44,677 nt of DNA, from the NCBI RefSeq assembly GCF_006345805.1, contig NW_021834871.1, positions 1-44,677 on the forward strand. Reading direction: 5' to 3'. Under the pieces are notes generated by a model. It did no database searches and was not told where the DNA came from. It was given only the letters and a program-made list of their open reading frames with translations. Of this stretch, positions 13,068 through 24,993 are shown one piece after another; positions within the stretch are counted from its first letter, which is position 1; the number at the start of each line of letters is the position of its first letter. Source of the stretch: Octopus sinensis. Lineage: Eukaryota. The position numbers and the translations under genes were made by a program.

Positions 13068-13712
13068 CATTGGTTTCAAACGTTGGCACCAGGCCAGCAA
13101 GCTCGGGGGTGGGGGGAGATGAATCGATTACATCGACCCCAGTATTCAGTTGGTACTTATTTTATTGATCCCGAAAGGATGAAAGGCGAAGTGGACCTCG
13201 GCGGAACTTGAACTCGGAACGTAAGGACGGACGAAACACTGCTAAGCATATTTGTCCGATATGTTAATGATTCTGCCAGCTCGCCGGCTTCGCCTTACCT
13301 AATAATGATTTTGGCACAAGGCCAGCAATTGTGGGTGGGGTGATAGTCAATTATATCGAACCCAGTGCTTGACTGATATTTATTTTATCGACCCCGAAAG
13401 GATGAAAGTCAAAACCGACCCCGGCTGCATTTGAACGCAGAGCGCAAAGACGAACGAGCCGCCGCCGGTAGGCATTTTGCTAAGCATGCTAACGATTCTT
13501 TTCTACTCTAGGCGCAAGGCCCGAAATTTGGGGTGAGGGGACCAGTCGATTAGATCGACCCCTGTACACAACTGGTACTTAATTTATCGACCCCGAAAGG
13601 ATGAAAGGCAAAATCGACCTCGGCGAAATTTGAACTCAGAACGTACAGACAGACGAAATACCGCTAAGTATATCGCCCGGCGTGCTAACGATTGTGCCAG
13701 CTCGCCGCCCCT
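13068..13712 (-). mobile_element. Three head-to-tail SINE family B copies
   Basis: Three repeats of atcgaccccgaaaggatgaaag(g)caaa..gacct.ggc.gaa.ttgaac (~13170, ~13390, ~13590). Confidence 0.9.
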
Positions 13713-14649
13713 TTTGCCTTACTAAATATTGACAAATAAAATTACCCCAAGAACAACAACGAGGTACAACATCAATTGTAATCATTCCACATAAATCTAG
13801 GAATTATTAATAAAAAAAAATAATAACGTCAAACAAAGGTTATTCCGCTTGAATAAAGCCATAAATAATTCGTTGTTATTTGGCAACTGTTTTCGTGTTG
13901 GCCAGTTCCTTTAATATCACCGAGATGGTTATTTTTGACAACGAGTTCTTCAATTGTAAGAGAGCCAAACATAGCAATTACGACAATACATAACAAATAG
14001 AAATGTGTGGAGTGTGGTCGATTGTTTTGCAATACGACTTGTAACTGATGTTTACGTACAAAATAATGTTTATATGTATGAATGAATTGTTATGATGAGG
14101 AGTTGCAGTTCAGATGTAAACCTATGTTTAGAAGACTATTTCCAACTTCTCTATCACTCACACATACCAATCAGATACACGCACATACGCACTTACAACA
14201 CAATATACGAATACAAATACACACGTGCACGTACGCGCATATACAAGCAACTGTATAGATATATAGCCTTTTATTCTTTTATATGTTTCAGTCCTGAGGA
14301 TGTGGCCATGCTGGGGCACTGACAGTGTAAACACCTTTTAATTGGCCAATTCTATGTGATAGGCTTTTGGTGAAGGAGGGAGTTCGATACCGCTACCCTC
14401 TTTTGAGTTTCCTGCCTTGATATTTGTTCAACTGGGGTCTTGGATAGCAAGAGGTCAAGTTGTTTCTTTATGCTCTTCTACAGAAGGGAATGAGAGAAAG
14501 CAGGGGAGAGAGGGAAATAAAAAATGGGGAGAGAAAAAGCATGTCTGGATTAACGGTTGCACATTTTCAATTCAACATGAACAACTGTTTCTTTGCTTTC
14601 CCCTGATTCCTTTCTCTAGAAGAGCGTAGGCCTTGGGAGTAGATTTGGA

Positions 14650-14870
14650 TGACGGAAACAGAAAGGAACCCGTTGTATATACACATATGTATGTTGCTTT
14701 GCACGTGTGTTTTGGTATCTGTGTTTGTTTGTCCCCCACTACCGCTTGACAACCAGCACTGGTGTGATTACGTCCTCGTAACTGAGCGGTTCGGCAAAAG
14801 ATTCCGATAGAATAAGTACAGTGCTATGCTCTAACAAAAACAAGCACTGGGATTGATTTGTGTATTTCAA
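14650..14870 (+). mobile_element. 5'-truncated SINE family A
   Basis: gacggaaac.gaaag..cccgt, cgcttgacaacc, gcggttcggcaaaag..ccgatagaataagtac. Confidence 0.75.
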
Positions 14871-15379
14871 AGTGATTCCTGCAAAAATAAATAGGAATTC
14901 GTTATTGGTTGTGCTTCAGAAAATTAGCCCTTTTAAGATCGAGTTTTTGGAGAGGAACGAGTGACACTGTTGCCTTGCTCAATAACATTGTCATGGCTGT
15001 AGATTTCGAAGTCACTTCATATAAACAATGAATGAATTTACCCACAATTCATTTGAGACAGTGAGGGTGTACCCGGTCTCCCGACCATGTAGAAATAGCA
15101 GCCAAATAACCTTCAAACCAATCGTTTTTTGCATTAGAAAATGAAACGTTGGATAACATGGTGCTGAGTTCTCTGTACACAAGTTAAAGGCGGTATGGTC
15201 ATAGTTGGAATGTCTTTTATCATGCATCTACTTGATCAGGGCTGACCTAGGGCTGAACAACAACAATCCCAACAACAACTTCGGTTTATGGTAGAAAGAT
15301 CAACAAACATTACAAATGACTTCTTCAAAAGAGATTTTGCCCTTCACTGAAGGAATTTCCATCAGATTATAACTGCGGG

Positions 15380-15892
15380 GTTGTGAATATGTGTGTATGT
15401 GAGTGTTTGTGTGTGTGTGTGTGTGTGTAAGTGTGTAGGTATGTATGTATGTGTGTAGGTGTGTGCATCTTTGTATGCATGTATTTGTGTGTAGGTGTGA
15501 ACATGTGTGTGCGTGCGCGTGTGTATGTGAGTGTGTGCGTTTATGATCGTAAGTGTATAGGTGTATGCATGTGTATGTGTGTGTATGTATGTATGTGTAT
15601 GAGAGTGTGCTTGTTTATATGTTTGTATGTATGTGAATGCGTGTTTGAGAAAGTGAGAAGGCGAGAGAGAGAGAGTGACTTAGCCTGCATCATGAACACG
15701 CGTTTAAGTGCATTTGTGTATGTATGTAGACGTATGTTTGTATATGTTTGTCCATATGTTTGTGTGTGTGTGCATGCGTGTGTGTATTCATATAATATAT
15801 ATATATAAAATACATACATACATACATACATACATGCATGCATACATACATACACACAAGCATTTAAACAGGCTAAATCACTCTTTCACCTT

Positions 15893-15930
<38 letters not shown>

Positions 15931-15973
15931 CATATACACACACAGTAGATAGACAGACAGACAGACAGACAGG

Positions 15974-16019
<46 letters not shown>

Positions 16020-16020
16020 T

Positions 16021-16109
<89 letters not shown>

Positions 16110-16390
16110 GTATGTAATTTGTATATACGTGTGTTTGTATATTTGTATGTATTTCTGTATGTATATATGTAAAATGTGCACACATGTTCGTATATGTCAC
16201 GTGAGTGTGTCCAAGTGAATTTATATGTATGTATGCATGTATGCATGTATGTATGCATGTATGTATGTATGTATGTATGTATGTATGTATGTATGTATGT
16301 ATGTACGTATGTATGTATGCAGGTATGTATGCACGTGCATGACTTGAGCGTATATTGTGTATATAGACGCATATGTTTGTGTGTGATGTA
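15380..16390. repeat. Compound (TG)n, (TACA)n, (GACA)n, (GATA)n and (TATG)n microsatellite block
   Basis: Directly visible. Confidence 0.9.
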
Positions 16391-17747
16391 TGTAAGTGGT
16401 TGTGAGAAGGAACGAACCTAGCACTTTGACGCCCCCTTGTCTCGAACATCAAACAGGAGCACGTGATAGTTGTTTACCATCTGACGATATCAATATTTAC
16501 ACGAGAGCATGGGGAGGAAGACGAGGAAGGACTTGATATGTGTGAGGGACTTTATATGTCGATTTATTAAAAATGCAAGAGCTATAAACATATATTTTTA
16601 TCTGTACAGATGGCGCTGTTGAAAATGCTGACATGGCGCTCATTTATTTCAGATTACTTCTATTTCTCTCTTCACTAACACAATTTAATCTTTTAATGAT
16701 TTCATATTTAAACAACAATATTTTTTCTCCCGCTCGCTTTTATTTTGGAATTGGTATTGTATTTGTTTCTTTTTTTTCACTCCTAGTTTCACCCAGTGGC
16801 CATGCTGGAGCATGGCATTGTCGTTCCATTAACTCCATTAGAACCTGTTTCATCGCCGGTAAAGTAACTCTGATCAAGATTTGCACTCAGAATGAATCGA
16901 TGACAGAACGGCAGAAATAATAGAATTCCTGAATAACCCCAAAGTCTTTGGTCCCTAGATCTGCTCCTGTGGAGTCAAATAATTTAGAAGTAACCGACTA
17001 GCTTTATTTCTTTTACTGATTAGTTACGAGACGAGACAGTACCAATATCGAATGGTAGTTTTTGTTTTGTTTAAGTTGAAGTAAAAGTATAAAATGGTGT
17101 TTGTTTGAAAGATAAATTAAAAATTAAAAATTACTGCTTTTGATGAGAGTCTTAAAATCCATAGATCTGACTGAGATTAACAAAGTTTATAGAAACTCAT
17201 CAATGGCCTGTGATCATAAGTAAATGATTTCTAGGAACTGGTTCCAGTTGGAGTGATGAGTTTAATTAATATCTAGACTCGACTCCACACTCATCATTTA
17301 CAACAGTGTAACGTAAGAAAAGAGTTGAAAAGAAAAGCGTTTTTTTTTATTTCTTCGGTTTTGGTGTGTAAAATCTGCTTTTCCGGGTTAAAACTCCTAT
17401 CTGATACCTTACAAAACAATTCCCTGCATTTTGTTTTCTTGCTTCAAAGTTTTTAAACACAATCAAAATGCTTTCTTTAATTCGGTAAGTGTTGGTGAGT
17501 TGAGTGAGAGGGAAAGAGACCGAGAGACAGAGAGAGACAGAGACAGAGAGAGCGAGACGGGGTGAGACAGACAGAGAGACTTAGTATGTACCAAGAGTGC
17601 GTGTTCAAGTGTGTGTGTGTGTGTGTAGGCTTCTTTGTGCTTGTATGCAAAAAGGTTTTGTGATAGTGAGATGAAGAGAAACACAGAGGTTATAGTGAAG
17701 GCGAGGAAGAGATGGGCAGATGGGTACAGGCCGACAGACAGACAGGC

Positions 17748-17793
<46 letters not shown>

Positions 17794-18772
17794 CGAAAAT
17801 ACAAAAGTGTAGGTATACTCGACGACTATGTAAATGCTTCTTTCTCTCTTTCTCTTTCCCCACTCTCCCTTTCTCTCACGCTTTCTCTCCCTTTCTCTCT
17901 CTCTCTCTCTCTTTCTCTTTATTTCCCACGATAAACGCGCAAGTTTGGATGTACATTTATGTATTAAATGCTTAATTGAGAATATAAGTGTAGGCCTATG
18001 TCTTCGCACATGTGACTATGTGTGTGTATTTGTGTGTGTGGGTATGATACTGTAGCTGTGTGCAAAGTTATGTACGTGTGGTTTTATATAGGTCTATGTA
18101 TTTGTTCCTATGCGTAAACACGTACATGCGTGCGTACATGTGCATGTGTGTGCATGCTGTTGTAGTTCAGTATGTTTGCTTGTGTGTAGGTGTTCGTATA
18201 TTTGTGTTCTCTGTGTGTGTGTGTGTGTGTGTGTGTATTTGCCTGTGTGTGTGTATGGGAATGTGTGTGTGTGTATGGGAATGTGTGTGTGTATGGGAAT
18301 GTGTGCGTGTGTTTGTGTGCGTGTGTGTGTGTGTGTGCGTGCGTACATGTGTGCGTGTGTTCGTGTACAGATCAGATATAGCGCTAATCGAATATAACGA
18401 CAGAACTTCCAGCTTCAGTTGTCCGATAGACCAATCGCAATTTCAGTTGATATCGATTTTATATGTTCAATCAAGCAAAACCGCTAAAATTAGTCAAAGA
18501 TTTCCCAGCGGCGATCAAAAATATCTCTCCAATCATTCACCAACCCAGTTATGACGGGTTCAATTAGCAGCGATGACACCAGTGTTCTTTGTTAAATAAA
18601 TGACGCTTCTTTAGTAAAAGACATTTTCATCGTGGCTATGACGGGAAACCTCGAAGAAACGGAATCTGTGCGACGGCATTTTTTATATTCTGCTTTTTAT
18701 CCTTTTCTATCTTTCCTTTAATCACTGTTTTCCTCACTCCATGTACTCAGCTAACTAAAATGTACACCTCCG

Positions 18773-18810
<38 letters not shown>

Positions 18811-18814
<4 letters not shown>

Positions 18815-19145
18815 TGGAAAATAAGACTCCGCCGGTTACGACGACGAGGGTCCCAGCTGATACGATCAACGGAACAGCTTGCTCGTGAAATTAACGTGCA
18901 AATGGCTGAGCATTCCACAGACACGTGTACCCTTAACGTAGTTCTCGGGGATAATCAGCGTGACACAGAGAGTGACAAGGCTGACCCTTTGAAATACAAG
19001 TACAACTCATTTTTGCCAGCTGAGTGGACTGGAGCAACGTGAAATAAAGTGTCTTGCTCAAGGACACAACGCGTCGCCGGGAATCGAACTCACAACCTTA
19101 CGATCATGAGCCGAATGCCCTAACCACTAAGCCACGCGCCCTCAC
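18811..19145 (-). mobile_element. tRNA-derived CORE-like SINE, family C
   Basis: Minus strand: gcgcgtggcttagtggttaggg (A box), gagttcgattccc (B box), CORE-like gtgtccttgagcaagacactt...ctccagtccactcagctggcaaaaatgagt. Flanked by (TA)n. Confidence 0.9.
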
Positions 19146-19358
19146 ATATATATAGTTAATCCAAACATGAAAACACAAAGAGAAAACACAACAACGCGAG
19201 GACGTGGAACAAGTATAGTGTTACTGGACGCTCAGGAAAGGAAAGAAAGAAGGAGGATTTTAACGTTTCTAGCGGTACTCTTCGTCAGAAACATAGGATA
19301 AGGAAAGATCCAAGGAAGGGAAGACGGAGGAAAAAAATCGCCAACGATACACACGCGG
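19146..19358 (-). mobile_element. ~200-bp dispersed element with a hammerhead-like motif (Penelope pLTR-like)
   Basis: Homologous to 24110-24310, 34085-34285 and (opposite strand) 39255-39400. Confidence 0.7.
19258..19293 (-). ncRNA. Type I hammerhead ribozyme motif, stem II damaged
   Basis: Minus strand TGTTT CTGACGA A GAGTACCGCTA GAAA CGT T AAAAT: core intact, stem II closing pair lost. Confidence 0.55.
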
Positions 19359-19427
19359 TATGTATGTATGTATGTATGTATGTATGTATGTATGTATGTA
19401 TGTATGTATGTATGTATGTATGTATGT

Positions 19428-20820
19428 AGCCCTATTCATAAAGGAGGTAGCAGAGCGGAGGCCAAGAACTACAGACCTATATCTCTGACCTCACACATCA
19501 GCAAGGTCATGGAACGAATAGTTAGAAGAAAACTAATCGCCTTCCTTGAAGAAAATGACTTGCTGCCTGGCACCCAAAATGGTTTCCGACCAGAAAGAAG
19601 CTGCCTAACTCAACTCCTACAATACGACTGGGTACTGAAACAACTGCTCAACCACTCAAATGTGGAAGTGATATATCTCTACTTTGCAAAGGCCTTTGAT
19701 AAAATCGATCATAGAATGATATGTCACAAACTGCGTGATCTTGGCATAGTTGGAAAATTGGGAGAATGGCTTCATGACTTTCTGAAGGATAGAGGTCAGG
19801 TGGTAGTAGCCACTTCCATTAACACGCAAATAGTGAGCGGTGTTCCGCAAGACACTGTTTTGGGACCACTACTGTTCATAATGGCCCTCTCAGACATGCC
19901 CTCATCCACACAGAGAGCCACGATCACAAGTTATGCAAATGATACAAAGTTCTCACAGGTAATACAGAACCATGAAGATTCTATGCACCTGAAATGTGAG
20001 TTGGATTAAATATACAAGTGGGCTGAAAAGAATAGCATGCAGTTCAATGCTGAAAAGTTTCAAGCTTTATGCTATCTGCATGCAAAACTAAATGCAATAC
20101 CCAATGAATACACTGGACCTGGAGGGATTGCAATCCCAGAGGCACAATCAGTGCGTGACCTGGGTATTTACATGAGTGATGACGCAACCTTTCATGTACA
20201 TGTTGCTAAATTGGCAATGAAATGTAGACGGCTGGCCGGATGGATTCTTAGAACCTTTAGAACAAGAGACCAAGAAACCATGATGGTCCTCTGGAGGACA
20301 CTTGACCTAAGCCACTTTGACTATTGCTCTCAGTTATGGTCACCAACCAGTGTCAAATTAATTTCAGAACTTGAGGCGATCCAACGAGGCTACACGAAGA
20401 AGATAGCCTCTATGCAGCATATAAGCTACTGGGAAAGACTCAAGAGATTAAGACTCTATTCCTTAGAGCCTAGGCGAGAAAGATATGCCATATTATACAT
20501 CTTAAAGGACTTGTTCCAAACTTTGGCATCGAGAGTTGCACAAATACTAGAACTGGGCGCCACTGCATAGTGCTAAGGATTCCAAATTTGCCATCAAGGT
20601 GTAGGACAAGATACAGCAATAGCCTAGGCTTCAGAGATCACCAGCTCTTCAATATCCTCCCGAAGGACCTGAGAAACCTGCATGAGGTGTCTTCAAAATA
20701 AAGCTGGACATCTTACTGACAAGTGTCCCAGATGAACCAACTACGCGGCAGGAGGTGCAGATGAAGGCAGCTGCCTCAAACTCCCCCATGCACCAAATGT
20801 CAATTCCTAAAAAGCAATAG
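19428..20820 (+). mobile_element. 5'-truncated degenerate CR1/L2-group LINE (RT domain and C-terminus)
   Basis: [68 protein letters not shown] (YADD site mutated), VRDLGI and DYCSQLWSP (ORFs 19368-20009 and 20037-20570). Confidence 0.9.
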
Positions 20821-20894
20821 TGAAGTAAAATCATACTTTTTTCGTAGTTCTGAATAGTTTTGTATCGGGGCTGATCAATTCTAAATGGTTAATT

Positions 20895-20975
20895 TCCTCG
20901 TGACGTCATTAACGGCATTTATAGTACCGCCAATCAATCAATTTAGCGTCTGTTTAAAGAAAGCGATTGGTCAAT
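20895..20975. promoter_or_regulatory. Promoter-like motif cluster: CRE plus two oppositely oriented CCAAT boxes
   Basis: TGACGTCA at 20901-20908, CCAAT at 20930-20934 and ATTGG at 20966-20970 in non-repetitive DNA. No transcript evidence. Confidence 0.35.
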
Positions 20976-21089
20976 CCTTTGGTCAATACTCAATTTAGAC
21001 GGTCCGGTTGTAGTCTTATAAAGATTTCTTTATAAAGAGCTTCAGATTTAAATTCTCAGTTGAGAACCTCTATGTATTTATCCGGTATG

Positions 21090-21402
21090 TTATTGTTAGT
21101 TGTTGTCCCTTCTCGAGCCACGCCTGGCCCATCAGGGCCGGTTTCCCGGGTTCCTTGGCGTATAGGTTCCCCACCTGGACGGGATGCCAGTCCGTCGCAG
21201 GTGAGCTGCAAGATGCAGGAGGAAAAAGTGAGAGAAAGTTGTGGAGAAAGTGTCAGCAGAAGTTAGCCATTACCTTCTGTCGGAGCCGCGTGGAGCTTAG
21301 GTGTTTCGCTCATAAAGACACATATTGCCCGGTCTGAGATTCGAATCCGCGATTTCTCGACCGCGAGTCCGCTGCTCTAACCACTAGGCCATATGCCTCC
21401 AC
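21090..21402 (-). mobile_element. tRNA-derived SINE, family D (V-domain-like 3' segment)
   Basis: Minus strand: gtggaggcatatggcctagtggttagagc (A box), ggattcgaatctc (B-box-like), later cctgcgacggactggcatcccgtccagg. Homologous to 42905-43204. Confidence 0.85.
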
Positions 21403-22679
21403 ATGTTATTGCTTAACCAGTCGTTATTTAATAATATATTTTTGTTCTGCATTCGTCTGTATTTGATCTGTGATTTTGTCAGTACAAATGCAGTGCGAAA
21501 CGACAAGAAATTTTGGTGGTTTGCATGTTGCACATAATTCTAAATGTTCACTTGCTAAATTTGTCAGGTAATTAGGATCTCGGAATTGTTGCTGTGAATA
21601 AGTCTAGCTCTCAAAATAATTTTTTTTTTTTATGTAATCGTCGTCACAATCTTCAAATAAAATAACATAAATTGAATTTTTGACGGACAGATGAAGCGAT
21701 ATTTCGTTAGAATCAAAACATCTCATGGTTAAATATATAAGCTGTGTCTTTTATAAGGTTGATGCCAGTTTCGCAATAAAAGTGACCGTATTTTTTTACT
21801 TTTGCTGTGTTTTTAGTAATTCGGTGCTGGTAAGTAATTTTTTAAAGGATTTTGGTTGTTATTTGCATTTGATTTTTTCAGATATTTCGAGACATTTTTC
21901 ATTTTTGTCTCTTGAATGGGGAACGTTTTGAGAGAGAACGCTGTATATTTGTGTATTTCTTGATTTGTGTGCTGCAATGTCATCCTCTGTGATGGCTAAT
22001 TCGTGCATTGTTAAATTCTATCCTGTTATTAATTTACATTCCGGAATTCTGCTTATTAAGCAAATCAGTTTAATCATTATACTTCAAACCTTCGTACGTC
22101 ACTCCGCTTGCTCAAACATATGGACACGGGTTACAATATTTCCATCTATACAAATTTATTTTCTTTCCAGACGATGTACAATGAAACATGAGAAGGGTTA
22201 GAGCGGACAGTAGAAACAAAGATAAGTGTTTTCCCCACCTCGAATTACTGATATCAACAACGTCACACAGCTGCACAGACGAGATTTTCAACTTTTAACT
22301 GGAATGACGAGACTTTCAATGAGATTTCGTTCATTAATTTATGGAAGCTAACACCATGATGACTCCAATATTTTTGTGTATCACCACTTTAAGTGTCCTC
22401 CACAATGTGAGCGCCATGTCGGCAATGGATTGGTGACATGGTTGATCAAAGCTATAAATGAAACAGACGATGTCTGAACATACGAACTTCCATGATTCAC
22501 ATAAGTTTGAGACATGGCAGCGTGTTTACCGAATTATCAGTTTTGTAGATGAAAAATATGTTTGATATAAGCACAAAATACTTTGTTCATAATCTATAAC
22601 AGGCAGTGATTTTTTTTATTATTCGCAAGGTATCTAAGCACTGCTTCTATATGAATACCTATTTAAATATGAGTAGATA

Positions 22680-22955
<276 letters not shown>

Positions 22956-23429
22956 TAGTTAGATATGGAGAGAAAGAAAGAGATCTGTTCCTGCAGAATG
23001 AGAGAAAGGGAGAGAGTAAGTGAGTATGTGAGAAAGGTATAACTAGAGAGAGAAATACCCAGAGAGGGGGTGAGAGAGAAAATGGGAAAGAATAGGGGTA
23101 ACAACACCAAACATATGTTACTATTCAGAGTAAGAAGAGACGACTTTGCTACCAACAGAGAGAAACATGTAGACTGAGCACTAAGACACACAGGCATATG
23201 GAAGGAGCAGACGACACATCCTAAGGTCAGCAGACAGCAGAAGAGTCAATGTTTATATATTGCCAGGGTGTATGCGTGTGTGTGTGTGATTGTGCGTATG
23301 CGTGAGTGCGTGTGTGTCTGTATTTATTTCATATTTATGGCTTCATTTTTATGTTAGTTCTATATTAAACAGATTTGATATGAATGTTGTGAAAGGAACG
23401 GAGTTTCTTTACTGAGAAAGAATTGGTGT

Positions 23430-23463
<34 letters not shown>

Positions 23464-24109
23464 ATTTAGAGATAGAAGTCCCCATGCTATTCATTAAATC
23501 CTAAAATGCATCACACCATATAATAGAATCTTATTTTAATACTTACTAATCATTTTTAAATTTCTCTGCTACACGTGTTTCATGAGGCTCGTTTGCCGTT
23601 CCTTAAACACGCAGTCTTTTACAGGAACATTTCTTAAACGCAATCCCAATCGTCAGGCTTCTTGATAACTTTATTATAATTCAATACCAATTTCTATATT
23701 TCAATATTTTAACAGTTACGAATGTAATTATCAGACAAATATGCGTATGTGCAAAAAAAATTCCCCGAACCTTGCTGTGCAAACCATAATTTAATTAATT
23801 AAAAGTTAAAAATTTACAAATCTAAATTCAAACGAGACTTATGCCTCTAAACATGCATATAAATTAATAATATGTGGAAATGAAAATTAAAATATATAAT
23901 AGCGATGATATAATAATTTGAAGGACTATATAATACAGTGATGATAAAAAACAATGATGTATAATACAGTGACGATAAAAATAAACAATGATGAATTGCA
24001 TGGGGACTTCTATCTCTAAATAACATATTTCCTTTTCGAGAATAATTTATTTTATTTGAATCCCTGTGACGCCGGAATTTTTTATTCCCTAATAAACAAA
24101 ATAATATAT

Positions 24110-24310
24110 ATATAGATAATCAATTCCAAAAACAGAGTAAAAGAAAAAACAAACAAACAAACGTGTGAACGTGACACGAGCAATGTATTAAGACGCTCAG
24201 AGAAGGAAATGAGTAGTAGTTTTTCGTTTCGATCCGTAGCTCGTCTTCGGAAACAGGGAAAACAGAAAAATACAAGACGAAAGAGGAAAAAAAGTCACCA
24301 ACAGTCACGT
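24110..24310 (-). mobile_element. Old copy of the ~200-bp hammerhead element
   Basis: Homologous to 19146-19358; minus-strand motif CTGTTT CCGAAGA C GAGCTACGGATC GAAA CG is degenerate. Confidence 0.6.
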
Positions 24311-24377
24311 GAGATTACATAGAGAGCATACAAATGCATACATTCACACACGCACATACATACATGTATGTGTTTAT

Positions 24378-24414
<37 letters not shown>

Positions 24415-24626
24415 AATAACTGAGAAGAGAATACGGGTCACATAATTTCATTAGCTTGCAGATGTACCTGCTGTTTGGAGTGTACTCAGTGCTGAGTGCT
24501 TGTGCAACGTCCCATAGTTTCGTCGGAGCCATTAAAATGGCTCCGAAAAAATCTACATTACAATTATAATGCATTATTTATATTATTTACATTTGACGGA
24601 TAATTGTCCTCATCTTGTTTGTTGTT

Positions 24627-24672
24627 AACATAACGTTTCGGCTGATATAACCTCCAGCCTTCATCAGGTGTC
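24627..24672 (-). ncRNA. Type I hammerhead ribozyme motif
   Basis: Minus strand GACAC CTGATGA A GGCTG-gaggttatat-CAGCC GAAA CGT T^ATGTT: 5-bp stem II, palindromic ACGT stem III, GUU site, one mismatch at the base of stem I. Confidence 0.75.
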
Positions 24673-24724
24673 TTTGGGAAATTTCGAACCTGGGTTCTCA
24701 TTTCTAAGGTATTTTCGATGCTAC

Positions 24725-24837
24725 GATTAAATAAGTACCAGTTACGCACTGGAGTCGATGTAATCGACTTAATCCATTTGTCTGTTCTTGTTTGCCCCCT
24801 CTGTATGTAGCCCCTTGTGGGTAGTAAAGAATAAATT
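24725..24837 (+). mobile_element. 5'-truncated SINE family B inserted into the composite element
   Basis: gattaaataagtaccagttacgcactgg...agccccttgtgggtagtaaagaa matches the 3' half of 11252-11485. Confidence 0.85.
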
Positions 24838-24846
24838 ATTATTAAT

Positions 24847-24915
<69 letters not shown>

Positions 24916-24919
<4 letters not shown>

Positions 24920-24993
24920 TCCCTGCCTGGAATCGAACTCGGAATCTTGGGGTTAGCAGCCCGCGCTGTTAACCACTACGCCATATGCCCGTG
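24916..24993 (-). other. tRNA-derived SINE head (Ser-GCT-like loop), not a functional tRNA
   Basis: A box TGGCGTAGTGG, loop ctGCTaa, B box GAGTTCGATTCC. Poor acceptor stem; runs straight into (AAT)n. Confidence 0.75.

Noticed and set aside
13829-14032. 67-aa minus ORF with a hydrophobic N-terminus (signal-peptide-like)
   Set aside because: Starts at TTG, has no recognisable domain, and hydrophobic stretches are expected in T-rich DNA.
16790-16963. Minus-strand exon after a strong acceptor (SRSRDQRLWGYSGILLFLPF...)
   Set aside because: Two frames are open, the 3' part overlaps a SINE-like tggccatgctggagc motif, and it cannot be linked securely to other exons.
22341-22436. MEANTMMTPIFLCITTLSVLHNVSAMSAMDW signal-peptide-like mini ORF
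   Set aside because: Only 31 codons with a weak donor and no supporting downstream exon.
24916-24993. Functional tRNA-Ser gene
   Set aside because: A and B boxes are present, but there is no proper acceptor stem or long variable arm and it sits within a composite repeat. The other SINE heads were rejected for the same reason.
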